NCBI GenBank assembly: GCA_963804995.1 | Contig: CAWDSK010000009.1 | Span: forward strand, 128,001 to 192,000 | Length of the DNA: 64,000 bases | Source: an uncultured Acidobacteriota bacterium | GTDB taxonomy: Bacteria; Acidobacteriota; Terriglobia; UBA7540 | Direction of reading: 5' to 3' | Shown here: piece by piece, positions 8,677 through 19,292 of the stretch | Position numbering within the stretch: the first letter of the stretch is position 1 | How the letters are laid out: the number at the start of each line of letters is the position of its first letter | Translations under genes and position numbers: made by a program | Notes under the pieces: model-generated | What the model was told of the DNA's origin: nothing | Database searches by the model: none | The model's input: the letters and a program-made list of their open reading frames with translations, nothing else

Positions 8677-8843
8677 GGGTGAGGAGGTCGGGCTCGGCAT
8701 CGCATGCTGCCTCACCCGGTTTTTGCAGCTCAGCGACTTCTTGTCAATGTGGGACATGTCCCAGATGTTGCTCATAGCGGGGCATAGCGAGCGACGTCCC
8801 ACCAAATTCCCCGAACTCATGCGTTTTGCGCATGACTTTTCAT
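8677..8843 (-). repeat. Diverged ~170-bp non-coding module, copy 1
   Basis: Colinear similarity to 17520-17687, including the GGGACAnGTCCC palindrome followed by CATTGACAA. Confidence 0.7.
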
Positions 8844-8912
8844 CATCGGGTGGGACGCTTTGAACGCCGATCGCCGGTCGCTTCTTTCAGCCTTCCCAAT
8901 TCAGGATTACCG

Positions 8913-9449
8913 TCACGGTTCCGGTTCGATCAACCCCAGTGTGCCGTCGGGACGATGGTAGATCACGTTGACGCGTTCACTGTCGGGATTGCGGAAGACA
9001 ACAGCGCCGGCGCGCGAGCGATCCAGCGCGGAGATGGCATCTTCCACGGTCATGGGCTTCAGGGGGACGCGTTCAGACTGAAGGACACGGTGCTCATCGT
9101 GGTCGACGCGCTCTGTCCCCAGAACGTTCAGCAGGACTGCAGCAGTCGGTTTGGGGCGGCGCTTGTTGCTGCGGCGGCGCTCCAACAGACGCGAGGCCTG
9201 GCGCGCCAGCTTGTCAACGGCCCCGTTGATGGAGGTCCGGGTGTCACCGGTTTCTGCTGCGCACACCAGTGTTTGGTCGTGGAATTTCAGGGTGAGTTCC
9301 GCGGTCCGCCGATGCTTTTCCGCGGTCAGGATGACGTGCAGGTCAAAGCGCTCGCCCAGCAGGCGAACGATTTTCTTAAGACGCTCCTGCGTATAGCGAC
9401 GCAGGTCCGTGCCGATTTCCACTTGCCGACCCGTATAATCAACGCGCAT
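8913..9449 (-). CDS. hpf: Ribosome hibernation promoting factor (long HPF/RaiA)
   Basis: MRVDYTGRQVEI N-terminus, KPMTVEDA and VIYHRPDGTLGLIEP C-terminal domain; downstream of rpoN. Confidence 0.92.
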   Translation of the reverse strand: MRVDYTGRQVEIGTDLRRYTQERLKKIVRLLGERFDLHVILTAEKHRRTAELTLKFHDQTLVCAAETGDTRTSINGAVDKLARQASRLLERRRSNKRRPKPTAAVLLNVLGTERVDHDEHRVLQSERVPLKPMTVEDAISALDRSRAGAVVFRNPDSERVNVIYHRPDGTLGLIEPEP

Positions 9450-9634
9450 AACGCCACCTCCTCAGGCTCGGAAAACAGGGATGAGGGAACCGGGCCTCCG
9501 GACTCGCGGAGCTAAGACGCGCAGGTGCGGTTCGGAATTCGGAATTTGGAGTCGATACGAGGAGAGAACCCAGGTGAGCCACGAGAGCCCCCTAACCCCT
9601 ATTCCCTGTTCCCTATGCCCTGTTCCCTAGTCCT

Positions 9635-11089
9635 TTATGCTTTTACCCGTCGTTGGTGAGTGCTCGGGATTCGCATATCCTCGCGATATTTGGCCACCGT
9701 GCGGCGTGTCACACAGTAGCCCAAATCACGCAGGCGATGAGTAATCTGCTCATCGGTCAAGGGATGCAGGGTATCCTCGTCCTCGATCATCTTCTTCACC
9801 AAACGTTTTAGGTTGATGAGGGAAGTAAGGTTGCCGGCAGGCCCTTGGACCGCTTCTGAAAAGAAATAGCGGAGCTCGTACACGCCCTGAGGGGTGTGCG
9901 CATACTTGTTGGCAACGGCGCGGCTGACGGTGGAAGGATGAACCCCCACCTCCTCCGCCACTTCTTTGATCATCATGGGCCGCAGAACATCAATTCCCTT
10001 GTCCAGAAAGTCTTTCTGGCGGCGGATGATGGCCTCACAAACGCGGATAATCGTCTGCTTACGCTGTTCGATATTCTTAATGAGCTGAATGGCCGACGTG
10101 AAGCGTTCCTTGACGTAGTTGCGGACTTCGCGCGTCGTACTGCCTTCTTCCAGCATGCGCCGGTAGTGATGGCTCAGGCGAAGCTGCGGCAGCCCATCTT
10201 CGTTCAGGATGATCTGGTACCCGTCCCCGGTGCGAACGAAGGCGACGTCGGGCTCGATCAGGCGCGCCTGCGAGCTGTTGTAGCGCTGCCCGGGACGCGG
10301 GTCGAGCTTGCGGATCAACTCCACGCAGCGCTCCACGGCCTTCACCGGACGGTCCAGGGCACGCGCAATCTCGCGATACTGCTTGTTCTGGATCTGCTTC
10401 AGGTGATCAGAAATGATCTGTTGGGCAAGCGTATTGTCAGGAGCTACAGCGTGTAACTGGATGAGCAGGCATTCGCGCACGTCCCGGGCGGCGATGCCGA
10501 GGGGGTCGAATAGCTGCACCAGCGCCAACGCCTCTTCCACATGCGGAAGTTCATGATTGCCCGACTGGGCGATTTCCTCGAGCGTCGCGGTGAGGTAACC
10601 ATCCTCATTCAGGTTGCCGATGATGGAGTGGCCAGCCTCGCGGACTTCATCCTGGCAAATCGAGAGGCTTAACTGCCACTCCAAATGGTCGGAGAGCGAA
10701 GTGGGTTGGGAGAGGAAGTTCTCAAAAGAGGGCTTCTCGATTACCTCGGCCGCAGGCGATTTATAACCCGGATCGAGGTATTCATCAAAGAAGGAGCCGA
10801 AGTCGATCTCTTCAAAGGAATCCTGACGGTCTTCGCTTGGAATGGGGTGCTCGGGGGTGGAGGCGGCGGGTTTCTCAGCCTCAGTCTTCTTGGCGACCTC
10901 TTCGAGGGATGGGACGTCTTCCGGCACTTCTTCCAGCACCGGGTTCGCGACCATTTCCTGGTTAATCATTTCGCGCAGCTCGAGCTTGTTGAGCGCGAGC
11001 ACGCTGACCATCTGAACCAGGCCGGGCGTCAGAATCTGCTTCTGCGCCACTTTAAGGTTCAAACCGATTCTAGGAGAAGGTCCACCCAT
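9635..11089 (-). CDS. rpoN: RNA polymerase sigma-54 factor
   Basis: HPSTVSRAV HTH and RRTVAKYRE RpoN box. Confidence 0.97.
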   Translation of the reverse strand: MGGPSPRIGLNLKVAQKQILTPGLVQMVSVLALNKLELREMINQEMVANPVLEEVPEDVPSLEEVAKKTEAEKPAASTPEHPIPSEDRQDSFEEIDFGSFFDEYLDPGYKSPAAEVIEKPSFENFLSQPTSLSDHLEWQLSLSICQDEVREAGHSIIGNLNEDGYLTATLEEIAQSGNHELPHVEEALALVQLFDPLGIAARDVRECLLIQLHAVAPDNTLAQQIISDHLKQIQNKQYREIARALDRPVKAVERCVELIRKLDPRPGQRYNSSQARLIEPDVAFVRTGDGYQIILNEDGLPQLRLSHHYRRMLEEGSTTREVRNYVKERFTSAIQLIKNIEQRKQTIIRVCEAIIRRQKDFLDKGIDVLRPMMIKEVAEEVGVHPSTVSRAVANKYAHTPQGVYELRYFFSEAVQGPAGNLTSLINLKRLVKKMIEDEDTLHPLTDEQITHRLRDLGYCVTRRTVAKYREDMRIPSTHQRRVKA

Positions 11090-11110
11090 CGTTACGTTCG
11101 ATTCCTCGTA

Positions 11111-11839
11111 TCACATCGCTAAACGAAATGCGTCGCCCAGGTAGACGCGCTTGACTTCCGCGTCGTTGCCCAATTCCTCAGGCGAGCCCGCGCGGAAGAT
11201 ACGCCCGTTGTTGATAATGTAGGCGCGGTCGGTGACCTGCAAAGTCTCCCGCACATTATGGTCGGTCACCAGCACGCCGATTCCCGACTCCTTCAACCGA
11301 ACTATGATCTTCTGAATATCGAGCACCGTCAATGGGTCGATACCGGAAAAGGGTTCGTTGAGCAGAATAAAGGAGGGTGAGATCACCAGTGAGCGGGCGA
11401 TTTCCACGCGCCGCCTTTCTCCCCCGGAGAGCAAATAGCCATAACTCCGGCGAACCTGCTGCAAGCCCAATTCCTCGATCAACTCCTCCAAACGCGCCCG
11501 ACGCTGGTCAGCCGTCAAGGGAAGCGTCTCCAGCACGGCCATTATATTCTCTTCCACAGTAAGTTTGCGAAATATGGAAGGCTCTTGAGGGAGGTAGCTG
11601 ATTCCTTGCCTCGCCCGGAGATACATGGGAAGGCCCGTGATGTCCACCCCGTCGAGGAGAACCTGGCCTGCGTCCGGGCTGGTCAGGCCAACAATGATGT
11701 AGAACGTGGTGGTCTTACCCGCACCATTTGGTCCGAGCAGGCCCACCACCTCGCCCTGCGCGATCCTAAGGTTAATGTCATCAACAACCTTGCGGCCTTT
11801 GTACGATTTCGTCAGATCTGCTGTGGAGAGAATTTGCAT
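11111..11839 (-). CDS. lptB: LPS export ABC transporter ATP-binding protein
   Basis: [41 protein letters not shown]; Walker B reads LLNEPF. Confidence 0.95.
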   Translation of the reverse strand: MQILSTADLTKSYKGRKVVDDINLRIAQGEVVGLLGPNGAGKTTTFYIIVGLTSPDAGQVLLDGVDITGLPMYLRARQGISYLPQEPSIFRKLTVEENIMAVLETLPLTADQRRARLEELIEELGLQQVRRSYGYLLSGGERRRVEIARSLVISPSFILLNEPFSGIDPLTVLDIQKIIVRLKESGIGVLVTDHNVRETLQVTDRAYIINNGRIFRAGSPEELGNDAEVKRVYLGDAFRLAM

Positions 11840-11845
11840 TGTCGC

Positions 11846-14185
11846 TCATGGCGCGACGCGGTGCTTGGAAAGTGAGGGTGATTTTTCACCTCCATCCACA
11901 AAAAGCCTATCATCGTGAATGAAGAATGTCAAACGCTGGCCTGTCGTGAAGCCCTTTTCCTCATCAAGTAGACTCGGTGGACCACCGGTCAGGACGATCT
12001 TTCCGGGTCCGGCGAAGTAATCGCCGTGATCGCCCGACCCGCGCCGGCCTGGTTGCGTCACCTTCACATGGCCGTCTGCTTCTGCATGGTCCACTTCAGA
12101 GCCTTCCACCGTGTCTCCCTGGGTGAAATATACGTCCAACCGATCGGATAGGAGCGTCGTAGTCTCGGTCACCAACTGCACGTTGCCATGATAGCGAGCC
12201 CTTCGCCCCTGGTCGAGGTATTCCAGTAAGTCCGCGCGCACCGTCACCGGCCGCGTATCACCCGCGACCGGCGGGGCAGCGCTTTCTTCCTTGATAAGCG
12301 AAGCCGGCTGCAAGTAACTCGTCACCACCTGTGAGCCGGAACTGACCCGCCGCTCGGTGCGGTAAACATCCAGCGCCGAGGATTCCACTACGTCAGTCCC
12401 TTGCCAAGCCCTTACATGCCCTTCGTAGTGAATGGTATTGCTATGGGGCTGCGCCACCATGCGATCTGCCAGAACATTGGTGGGAGAAGTCGGAGTGGCA
12501 GTGGGCGGGGCGCCAGCGGGGCGGACGGGCAAATGGACCGCCTGCACCTTGCCTTCACCGGTCGAAGTGTCAGTTTTAAGATCAATGGTTACCCTCTGGC
12601 ACTTGATGTGGCTGGTGGCGTCCCAGACTTGCGGGTGACCGAGCAATAACAGGCTTTGTGTCTGGACATCATAGTGGGCCTCGTCCCCACTTGCCTGGCG
12701 GTCACCCTCGTGGAATTGGAAATTGCCGGTCTGCCGCATTTCGCGTAATGTCTGCGAGCCGACGTTAAAGCTGGTGTTGAGGCTGTCTGCCGTGCTTTCC
12801 TGGGGGAAAGTGTTGGGGGGTGCCGTGGCCGCCGGGCGGAAAAGCACCCGCGTGGGGGCAGTCCCGTGTAGCGCTTCCATACGGCTGCGCGTGTCAAAAG
12901 CCATCAGGAATTGCCCCGCCGTAATGACCCGCTGGCCAACTTTGGGATCTGCGGGGCTAATCAGGAGCGTACCGGCACCGTCGGTTACCGCGTCCCGCAG
13001 GCTCTGGCCGTCCGGCCGGAAGCTGAAGTGCATCTGGGCGGCCGTCAGATCTTTCTTCTCGGGCCCGGCCGGGCGTGCCGCGGTGTTTTGTGGAGTATTG
13101 ATCACGGGCTGCGACTCGACGGCCAAGTGCACGTTACCGGAAGCCACACCGCGCTGCGCCAGGGGGTGCTGCCCCGCGAAGTCCAAGTTGAGCTTCTGGG
13201 CGGTAAGCCGGCTGGTGCTTCCCTTGCCCTTTGACTCGCCGGTTACGTCTCGTTCCGCTGTGAGATGACGCAACTGGCCGGAGGCAGTATCGAATTCCCC
13301 ATGCGCGTGGCCGGCGCTGATTTGAACGTTGCGGACCGCGCTCACGTCATAGGCTTTCACATTTCCATCCAGGTCCGCATGCGTTACACGATTGTGGTCG
13401 TCGAGCACGACCTGGGCGCTATCCGCAAGGGCCCGCCGCGCGCCCTGGGTAACTTCCACCGGGCCGGCCAGTGTGACCCTTCCCACCTCCTTGTCATAAC
13501 GAAGCTCGGAGGCGGTCAGCCGCAGGGGCGGTTCAGGCTTCTTCTCGCTTCCCTGTTGGAGATCAATCGCGACGTTGTGTTTCAGCTCAATCCAGCCCTG
13601 GTTCGTGGCGTAAACCATCCCCAGTGCCGTACCACTGGCAGGGCCCAGGCGAAACTTGACCGGCTCGTTGGTGTCCGCCAGCTCGTTTCCCTGGTTGAAG
13701 GTGACTTTGGAGGTTTCCAGAAACACCGGATGTTTCCCACGCAAGCCCGCATCGGGCGCCTCGCGGGCCTGGGTATTCAACTCAATTTCCACGGGTCCGG
13801 AGGTGACAAAATCGCCTGACTTCGAATCGTATTGGCAACTGTGGGTGCGCAGGGTGTCGTGGCGGTCACCTTTGCGGCCGAAGATCTCCACGAGCACGTC
13901 TTCCAGCCTTGTGGTCTTGCCTTCCTCCAGTGCCACCGTGCGCGCCGCGTGTACCGTGAAGATCGCCCGGCCTTCGTCATTCCGCGTAAAGGTGTAGCCG
14001 GAGAGCTGCTGATGGACTTCGGGAGGGGGACTGGGAGTAATCGGCAACGGCTTCTCATTGCGCGTTGCCCTCAGCCAGTAGGTGAGGCCGATGGCCAGAG
14101 CGGTCACAGACAAGCCACCCACCAACAAGCCTGTCAGGATTCTCCGGCGCCGCACTCGTCCCAAACTTAGTCCCGTAGTTGCCAC
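11846..14185 (-). CDS. Large LptC/LptA(OstA)-like LPS transport protein, ~780 aa (start approximate)
   Basis: One N-terminal TM helix followed by repeated beta-jellyroll-like segments (A.G.V...Q); immediately upstream of lptB. Confidence 0.75.
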   Translation of the reverse strand: MATTGLSLGRVRRRRILTGLLVGGLSVTALAIGLTYWLRATRNEKPLPITPSPPPEVHQQLSGYTFTRNDEGRAIFTVHAARTVALEEGKTTRLEDVLVEIFGRKGDRHDTLRTHSCQYDSKSGDFVTSGPVEIELNTQAREAPDAGLRGKHPVFLETSKVTFNQGNELADTNEPVKFRLGPASGTALGMVYATNQGWIELKHNVAIDLQQGSEKKPEPPLRLTASELRYDKEVGRVTLAGPVEVTQGARRALADSAQVVLDDHNRVTHADLDGNVKAYDVSAVRNVQISAGHAHGEFDTASGQLRHLTAERDVTGESKGKGSTSRLTAQKLNLDFAGQHPLAQRGVASGNVHLAVESQPVINTPQNTAARPAGPEKKDLTAAQMHFSFRPDGQSLRDAVTDGAGTLLISPADPKVGQRVITAGQFLMAFDTRSRMEALHGTAPTRVLFRPAATAPPNTFPQESTADSLNTSFNVGSQTLREMRQTGNFQFHEGDRQASGDEAHYDVQTQSLLLLGHPQVWDATSHIKCQRVTIDLKTDTSTGEGKVQAVHLPVRPAGAPPTATPTSPTNVLADRMVAQPHSNTIHYEGHVRAWQGTDVVESSALDVYRTERRVSSGSQVVTSYLQPASLIKEESAAPPVAGDTRPVTVRADLLEYLDQGRRARYHGNVQLVTETTTLLSDRLDVYFTQGDTVEGSEVDHAEADGHVKVTQPGRRGSGDHGDYFAGPGKIVLTGGPPSLLDEEKGFTTGQRLTFFIHDDRLFVDGGEKSPSLSKHRVAP

Positions 14186-14279
14186 GACCCACTTGCTCCG
14201 TTCGCGATCAGAAGATCCTTTAGTAGCGCCGGGCTTCAGTCCGGCACATGCCGACCCTTCGCTCCGTTCAGGGCAGGCT

Positions 14280-15980
14280 CTAAAGGGCAGCGCCACTTAC
14301 CACTAAATCCTTAACAACGAGTTGCAGACTGCTGACATCCTGATAGTTGTTCTCTTCGAGCGTAAAAGCAAGGTCCACCTGCTGGCCTGCCTCAAGAGCC
14401 GGTGCGCGCGACGCCCAGCCCCAGCCAATCGCGTCGAGAGAGCGCACCGCCTGGCCCACTCGCATCTTTAGATGCTTATCCTGAAGAATGCGCGGCCTGG
14501 CCAGCAACTGCACGCCGCAGGCGCCAAACACGGGCGTGGGATTGCCCATTCCAAAGGGTTCGAGCTCAGTAAGCTCGCGGTAAAGCGGCCAGTCCATCTG
14601 CGACAAATCCACCTGCGCGTCCACTCGCACCACGGGCTCAAGGTCCGCTGGTGAGAGCACGGTGCGCCCGTAATCTTCGAACCGCCGCACAAGTTCCGGC
14701 ACACGCTCCTCGGGCAGGGCGAAACCCGCTGCCTGGGCGTGTCCGCCGAAGCGCTCAAAGAGGTCGCTGACGGTGGTGAGGGCCTCGAGCAAATGAAACT
14801 TCTTGATGGAGCGTCCGGAGCCCACGCCCACGCCGTCTTCAATGCCAATCACCAGCGTGGGACGATGATAGCGCTCCACCACGCGTTGCGCCACAATCCC
14901 GATCACGCCGCGATGCCACCCCGGACCCGCCAGCACCAGGGTGCGGCGGCTTTCTAGGCTGGCGTCACCCTCCAACTGCTTGAAGATCTCGCGCAGGATT
15001 TCCTCTTCCACGCGCTGCCGCTCCCGGTTCAGCCGGTCCAGGCGTTCGGCGATTTCGCGGGTGCGGGCAGGGTCAGGAAGTGTGAAAAGGTCTATCACGT
15101 CGCGCGCATTTTCCATGCGTCCCGCAGCATTCAGGCGTGGCGCCAGGCGAAAGCCCACGTCACCCGCGCTGATTTCCTTCCCTGCCAGGCCTGCAAATTC
15201 AATCAACGCTTCCAGTCCTGATTGCGCGGGCTGGCGCAATCCTTCCAGGCCAAAGCGCGCGATGACCCGATTCTCACCGAGCAGGGGCACCACGTCCGCA
15301 ATCGTGCCGATGGCCACAATCTTCAAATAGGATTGTAGAAGCCGCTCCGTCAGCCGCTCGCCCAACAGCGCCTGCGCCAGCTTGAAGGCCACGCCCACAC
15401 CCGCCAGCGATTTTTCCGGATACGCGCAGTCCGGCCGGCGGGGGTTCAGTATGGCGCAAGCGGGCGGCAAGTGGCCATCGGGCAAGTGATGGTCGGTGAC
15501 GATGCAGTCGACGCCCAGTTCGCGCGCGCGGGCCAGAACCACGTGCTCGCGAATCCCCGTGTCCACGCTGATCACCACGCGGAAGCCCCGGGCCGCGGCT
15601 TCCTCGATTACCGGCACGCGCATGCCGTAGCCATCGGTGAGGCGATGCGGAACGTGGGCCTCAACCTCCGCGCCGCGCGCACGCAATGCCGTAAGCAGCA
15701 CCACGACGGCCATGGTGCCGTCCACATCGTAGTCGCCGTAAATCAGGATTTTTTCCCGCTGGGCAAGGGCGCGTCCCAGCCGCTCAACTGCCTCACGCAT
15801 GCCTGCCATGCGTTCCGGGGCGTGAAGCTGGGTGAGGCTGGGGTGCAGGAAGTCGTAAGCCGCGGTGGGCTCAACCAGGCCGCGCTCCACAAGCAAGCGC
15901 GCCACGAGCGGTGAGACCTTCAACTCGCGCACCAATCGGCCGGTAGATAATGAATCGGTCGGAGACTCTAGCCACCGCAT
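14280..15980 (-). CDS. recJ: ssDNA-specific exonuclease RecJ
   Basis: IYGDYDVDG, VDTGI, TDHH, PRLNAAGR, GSGRS, FGGHAQAAG, LEPFGMGNP. Confidence 0.97.
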   Translation of the reverse strand: MRWLESPTDSLSTGRLVRELKVSPLVARLLVERGLVEPTAAYDFLHPSLTQLHAPERMAGMREAVERLGRALAQREKILIYGDYDVDGTMAVVVLLTALRARGAEVEAHVPHRLTDGYGMRVPVIEEAAARGFRVVISVDTGIREHVVLARARELGVDCIVTDHHLPDGHLPPACAILNPRRPDCAYPEKSLAGVGVAFKLAQALLGERLTERLLQSYLKIVAIGTIADVVPLLGENRVIARFGLEGLRQPAQSGLEALIEFAGLAGKEISAGDVGFRLAPRLNAAGRMENARDVIDLFTLPDPARTREIAERLDRLNRERQRVEEEILREIFKQLEGDASLESRRTLVLAGPGWHRGVIGIVAQRVVERYHRPTLVIGIEDGVGVGSGRSIKKFHLLEALTTVSDLFERFGGHAQAAGFALPEERVPELVRRFEDYGRTVLSPADLEPVVRVDAQVDLSQMDWPLYRELTELEPFGMGNPTPVFGACGVQLLARPRILQDKHLKMRVGQAVRSLDAIGWGWASRAPALEAGQQVDLAFTLEENNYQDVSSLQLVVKDLVVSGAAL

Positions 15981-16337
15981 GGGTTAAGACGTATGGTGAC
16001 AGAGGACGGCCAGGGTTGCAAGTTGGGAGGGGAAGTACGTACGGCCGAACGGCGTTCGGCCCGGGCCAGCGGCGATGCGCGGAGGGGTTCGTAGCGCGGT
16101 CCCCCGTCTTTGGGGTCCGCGGTTCTTCTTCTGCAAAACCCACAAATCTCATACACGAGTTGCTGCATACGTTCGCTCAAATGGCGCAGGAAGAGCCGCC
16201 CCGATGCATCGGGGCGCCACAGGGGCGCGCTGCCTTCTGCTTTCTGCCTTCCGCCTTTCCCGACTTGTCGGGACTCGCACCAAACGCTCGCCGCCTTCTG
16301 CCTACTGCTTTCTGCCTTCCGCTCTTTCCCTGCTCTC

Positions 16338-17393
16338 CTAAGCGGCGCATTCCTGCACGGCTTCATACAACGCCAGGATATTTGCCGTGGGAGTATTGGG
16401 CTGAAGGTTATGGCAAGGGGCCACCACATACCCTTTGCCCTGGCGAAAGATGCGGATGTTATCGGCCACCTCGCGCCTCACGTTGTCCGGTGTGCCAAAC
16501 GGCAGGGTCTGCTGATTATCCACGCCGCCATGAAACACCACCAACTTCCCGAAATCCCGCGCCAGTTCCTCGCGCTCCATTCCCTTGCAGCGCCACTGGA
16601 TGGGATTAAGGACATCGATCCCCATCTCGATCAGTTCCGCCAGCAGGGGCCGAATGGCGCCGTCATCATGGTGCATCACCTTGACGCCGAAGGAGTGCGC
16701 GAGGTCGATCATCTTGCGCATCCCGGGCTTGAGGTACCGGCGGAAGGTTGCCGGACTCATCAGCAGAGTGTCCTGCGTGCCCAGGTCTTCGGCGACGTAG
16801 ATGAAATCGATCAGCCCGTGGGCTGCCTCAAGGGTACGGCGAATGACCGACTCGTGGATGGTGTAGATGCGCTCGAGCGCAGCTTCCGCCACCGCAGGAT
16901 TGAGCGCAAGGTCAGCCAGAGCCTGCTCCATGCCCCGCAGCCGGCAGTAAAGGTAGAACGGCTCGTAGCACCCACCCAGGATGGGGTAAGACTGCCACGC
17001 TGCGCACTTGGCCCGCACGCCGGCCACGTTCCAATCCATCGGATCCGGCCAGGCGAAGCGCTCGACGTCCGCCGCGGTTTGAGCCGTCCCGAGCGGGTTT
17101 GAGACAGCCTCTTCGTAAGTTCCCAGACCGTCCCCGTATGAGATGTTCCTGACTTCCACGTGCCAGATGCTCCAGAGCGATTGCATGTGCCAGGTGTCTT
17201 CGGTGGCCAGCCGATGCGTGGGACCGAGAAGCACCAGCTTGTCGATTCCCAACCGCTCCCAGAGCGCTCGTTCCGAAGCGCATCCCAGCTCTTTGCGGAG
17301 CCGGTCGGTGACCTCAGCCGTAGCCCAGTAGTCGCACAAGACTTGAGGCTCCCCCGCTAGAAGTGCCAACCAACGGTCTCGAGGTGTCAACAT
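16338..17393 (-). CDS. Uroporphyrinogen decarboxylase / methyltransferase-like TIM barrel family protein
   Basis: LRGMEQAL.DL, EDLGTQ..LLMSP, HDDGAI, NPIQ, FHGGVDNQ..LPFGTP, APCHNLQ. Confidence 0.85.
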   Translation of the reverse strand: MLTPRDRWLALLAGEPQVLCDYWATAEVTDRLRKELGCASERALWERLGIDKLVLLGPTHRLATEDTWHMQSLWSIWHVEVRNISYGDGLGTYEEAVSNPLGTAQTAADVERFAWPDPMDWNVAGVRAKCAAWQSYPILGGCYEPFYLYCRLRGMEQALADLALNPAVAEAALERIYTIHESVIRRTLEAAHGLIDFIYVAEDLGTQDTLLMSPATFRRYLKPGMRKMIDLAHSFGVKVMHHDDGAIRPLLAELIEMGIDVLNPIQWRCKGMEREELARDFGKLVVFHGGVDNQQTLPFGTPDNVRREVADNIRIFRQGKGYVVAPCHNLQPNTPTANILALYEAVQECAA

Positions 17394-17519
17394 GCGAATC
17401 TCCCTAGCCTTCCAGGGCCCCGCGCTGGTGAAAGGATGGCGCGATTAGACAGCCACTTTACCCTTGATGCAAGCCCAAAATCTCGCGCCCCGGCGTAGCG
17501 CAGGGCGCCGGAGTCCCAA

Positions 17520-17687
17520 ATGAAAAGTGAGAGGCAAAACGCGTGAGGGTGGGAACGATGGTGGGACAAGGCGCGCTATGCCGCTCGGAGAGTAACAAGT
17601 GGGACAGTCCCCGCATTGACAACATGTCGCGGGCCTGCAATAACCGGGTGGGAGAGCGGGCGAGGTTGAGCCCGATCCCTTCGCCCG
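17520..17687 (+). repeat. Diverged ~170-bp non-coding module, copy 2
   Basis: Aligns with the reverse complement of 8677-8843. Confidence 0.7.
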
Positions 17688-17975
17688 CCCGGATGTGTGG
17701 ATTTCCCACCTCCGGCTCGCACCTTAACCCTCGCCAAACTGAGAACCACAGCGTCTCGATGCCGGTGGCACCCCGCGGTAGAGGCGCAACCCAACGATCG
17801 AGCCGTTCTTATTTTCGTAATACTACAAATGGCACAGAATTCTTGTTAACAAAACAGGAAATCGTGGTATTGCACTGCAGGGCCCGCGGTCCGGTCCCTT
17901 CGCTCAGCTCCGGGCCGAAGGGCGGGCCCTGCGCTACGTTGTCGGCCCGCGCTCGCTTCAGGAGCTGCCCGCCTG

Positions 17976-18267
17976 CATTTTGAGCAGCACCACACCCCCT
18001 GTCATCCTGAGCCCGTACTTGGGGCGAAGGACCCCTGTAGTTCGCTCTTCCCAGTGCGCCGCGATAAACTGCCGAGGTCCTTCGGCCCGAAAGAACCGGG
18101 CCTCAGGATGACAGTGGGTTACGTGCGTGCTTTCCTTTTCGGGGGGTGGCGCCGATATCGCATTTTATGTTGGCGACCGCTAAGAAGCCAGAACCGGCTA
18201 CGGATAGGACGCGGTGACAGGAATGTTGCCCGGGTTCGTGGTGCGCCCCGATGCATCGGGGCGCCAC
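17976..18267 (+). repeat. 292-bp direct repeat, left copy (contains TGTCATCCTGAG...CTCAGGATGACA hairpin)
   Basis: Near-identical to 19293-19584. Confidence 0.92.
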
Positions 18268-18364
18268 TCGCCGTCAGGGCGGCGCTGACCGTGGGCTTGT
18301 ATCTACCCGCTTGACGGAGGGGGACCCCGCGCGGTACGGTGGGGGAGGTCGGAAAGGAGCACCC

Positions 18365-18616
18365 ATGACGATCACGGTTGATATCACCCCCGAGGTTAAG
18401 GCCGCGCTGGCACGCCAGGCTGCCACGCAAGGCCGGGCGCTCGAAGCCTATGCCGCCGGTCTTCTCGAAGAAGCCGCACGTCTTTCATCCGGCGCTGTGC
18501 AAGCCGCGAATCTGGTCGATCTTTGCGAACCTGTCCGGGGATTGCTTGGGGACGATGAGATCGATCGCCTGTTCAACCGCAATCCCTCCACCGGCCGCCC
18601 GGTGGACTTGTCATGA
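18365..18616 (+). CDS. Putative VapB-type antitoxin
   Basis: 83 aa with RHH-like N-terminus MTITVDITPEV, AAGGAG RBS, ATGA overlap with the PIN gene. Confidence 0.75.
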   Translation: MTITVDITPEVKAALARQAATQGRALEAYAAGLLEEAARLSSGAVQAANLVDLCEPVRGLLGDDEIDRLFNRNPSTGRPVDLS

Positions 18617-19041
18617 GAGGCTATCTTCTCGACACCAACATTCCATCGGAAACACTGCGCCCCCGCCCGGACGCTAACGTCGCCGCATGGCTCAAAAGTC
18701 AAGCTAAGGATTCCCAGTTTCTCAGCGTCGTGACGATGGGAGAGCTTCGTAAGGGCGCTACGCTTCTTCCTCTGAGTGACAAGCGCACCCAAATAGACCA
18801 ATTCATCGATGTGCTCATCCCATCGTGGTTTGCCGGGCGCATTCTTCCTGTGACGCAGGCAATTGCCGAGCGATGGGGTGTCTTAGAGGGCCAGCGGTTG
18901 CTCGCGGGGCGGCCTCTTGGCGCCGCGGATGGCATGATCGCCGCCACGGCACTGGAACACGACCTTACCCTCGTGACACGCAACGTGAAGGACTTTACCG
19001 ATCTCGGCGTGGTTCTTCTCAACCCCTGGGACGCGGTGTGA
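18613..19041 (+). CDS. vapC: VapC PIN-domain toxin
   Basis: YLLDTNI, DGMIAATA, LVTRNVKDF, LLNPW. Confidence 0.92.
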   Translation: MRGYLLDTNIPSETLRPRPDANVAAWLKSQAKDSQFLSVVTMGELRKGATLLPLSDKRTQIDQFIDVLIPSWFAGRILPVTQAIAERWGVLEGQRLLAGRPLGAADGMIAATALEHDLTLVTRNVKDFTDLGVVLLNPWDAV

Positions 19042-19292
19042 ATGTTCACGCCGGGGCGCTGCGCCCACCTCGAAACCAGAGCCTCAACAACCTCTCCGGT
19101 GGCACCCCGATGTAGCGGGGTGTCCAAGGCGAGTGCCTCCCACGCAGCGCACACCCCGACGCATCGGGGTGCTACCGAAGCCAGAACCGGCCGCGGATTG
19201 GACGCGGTGACAGAGAGGTTGCCCGGGTTCGTGGCGCGCCCCGATGCATCGGGGCGCCACCCACGATTGCACCGACCGTGCCTGCCTACATT

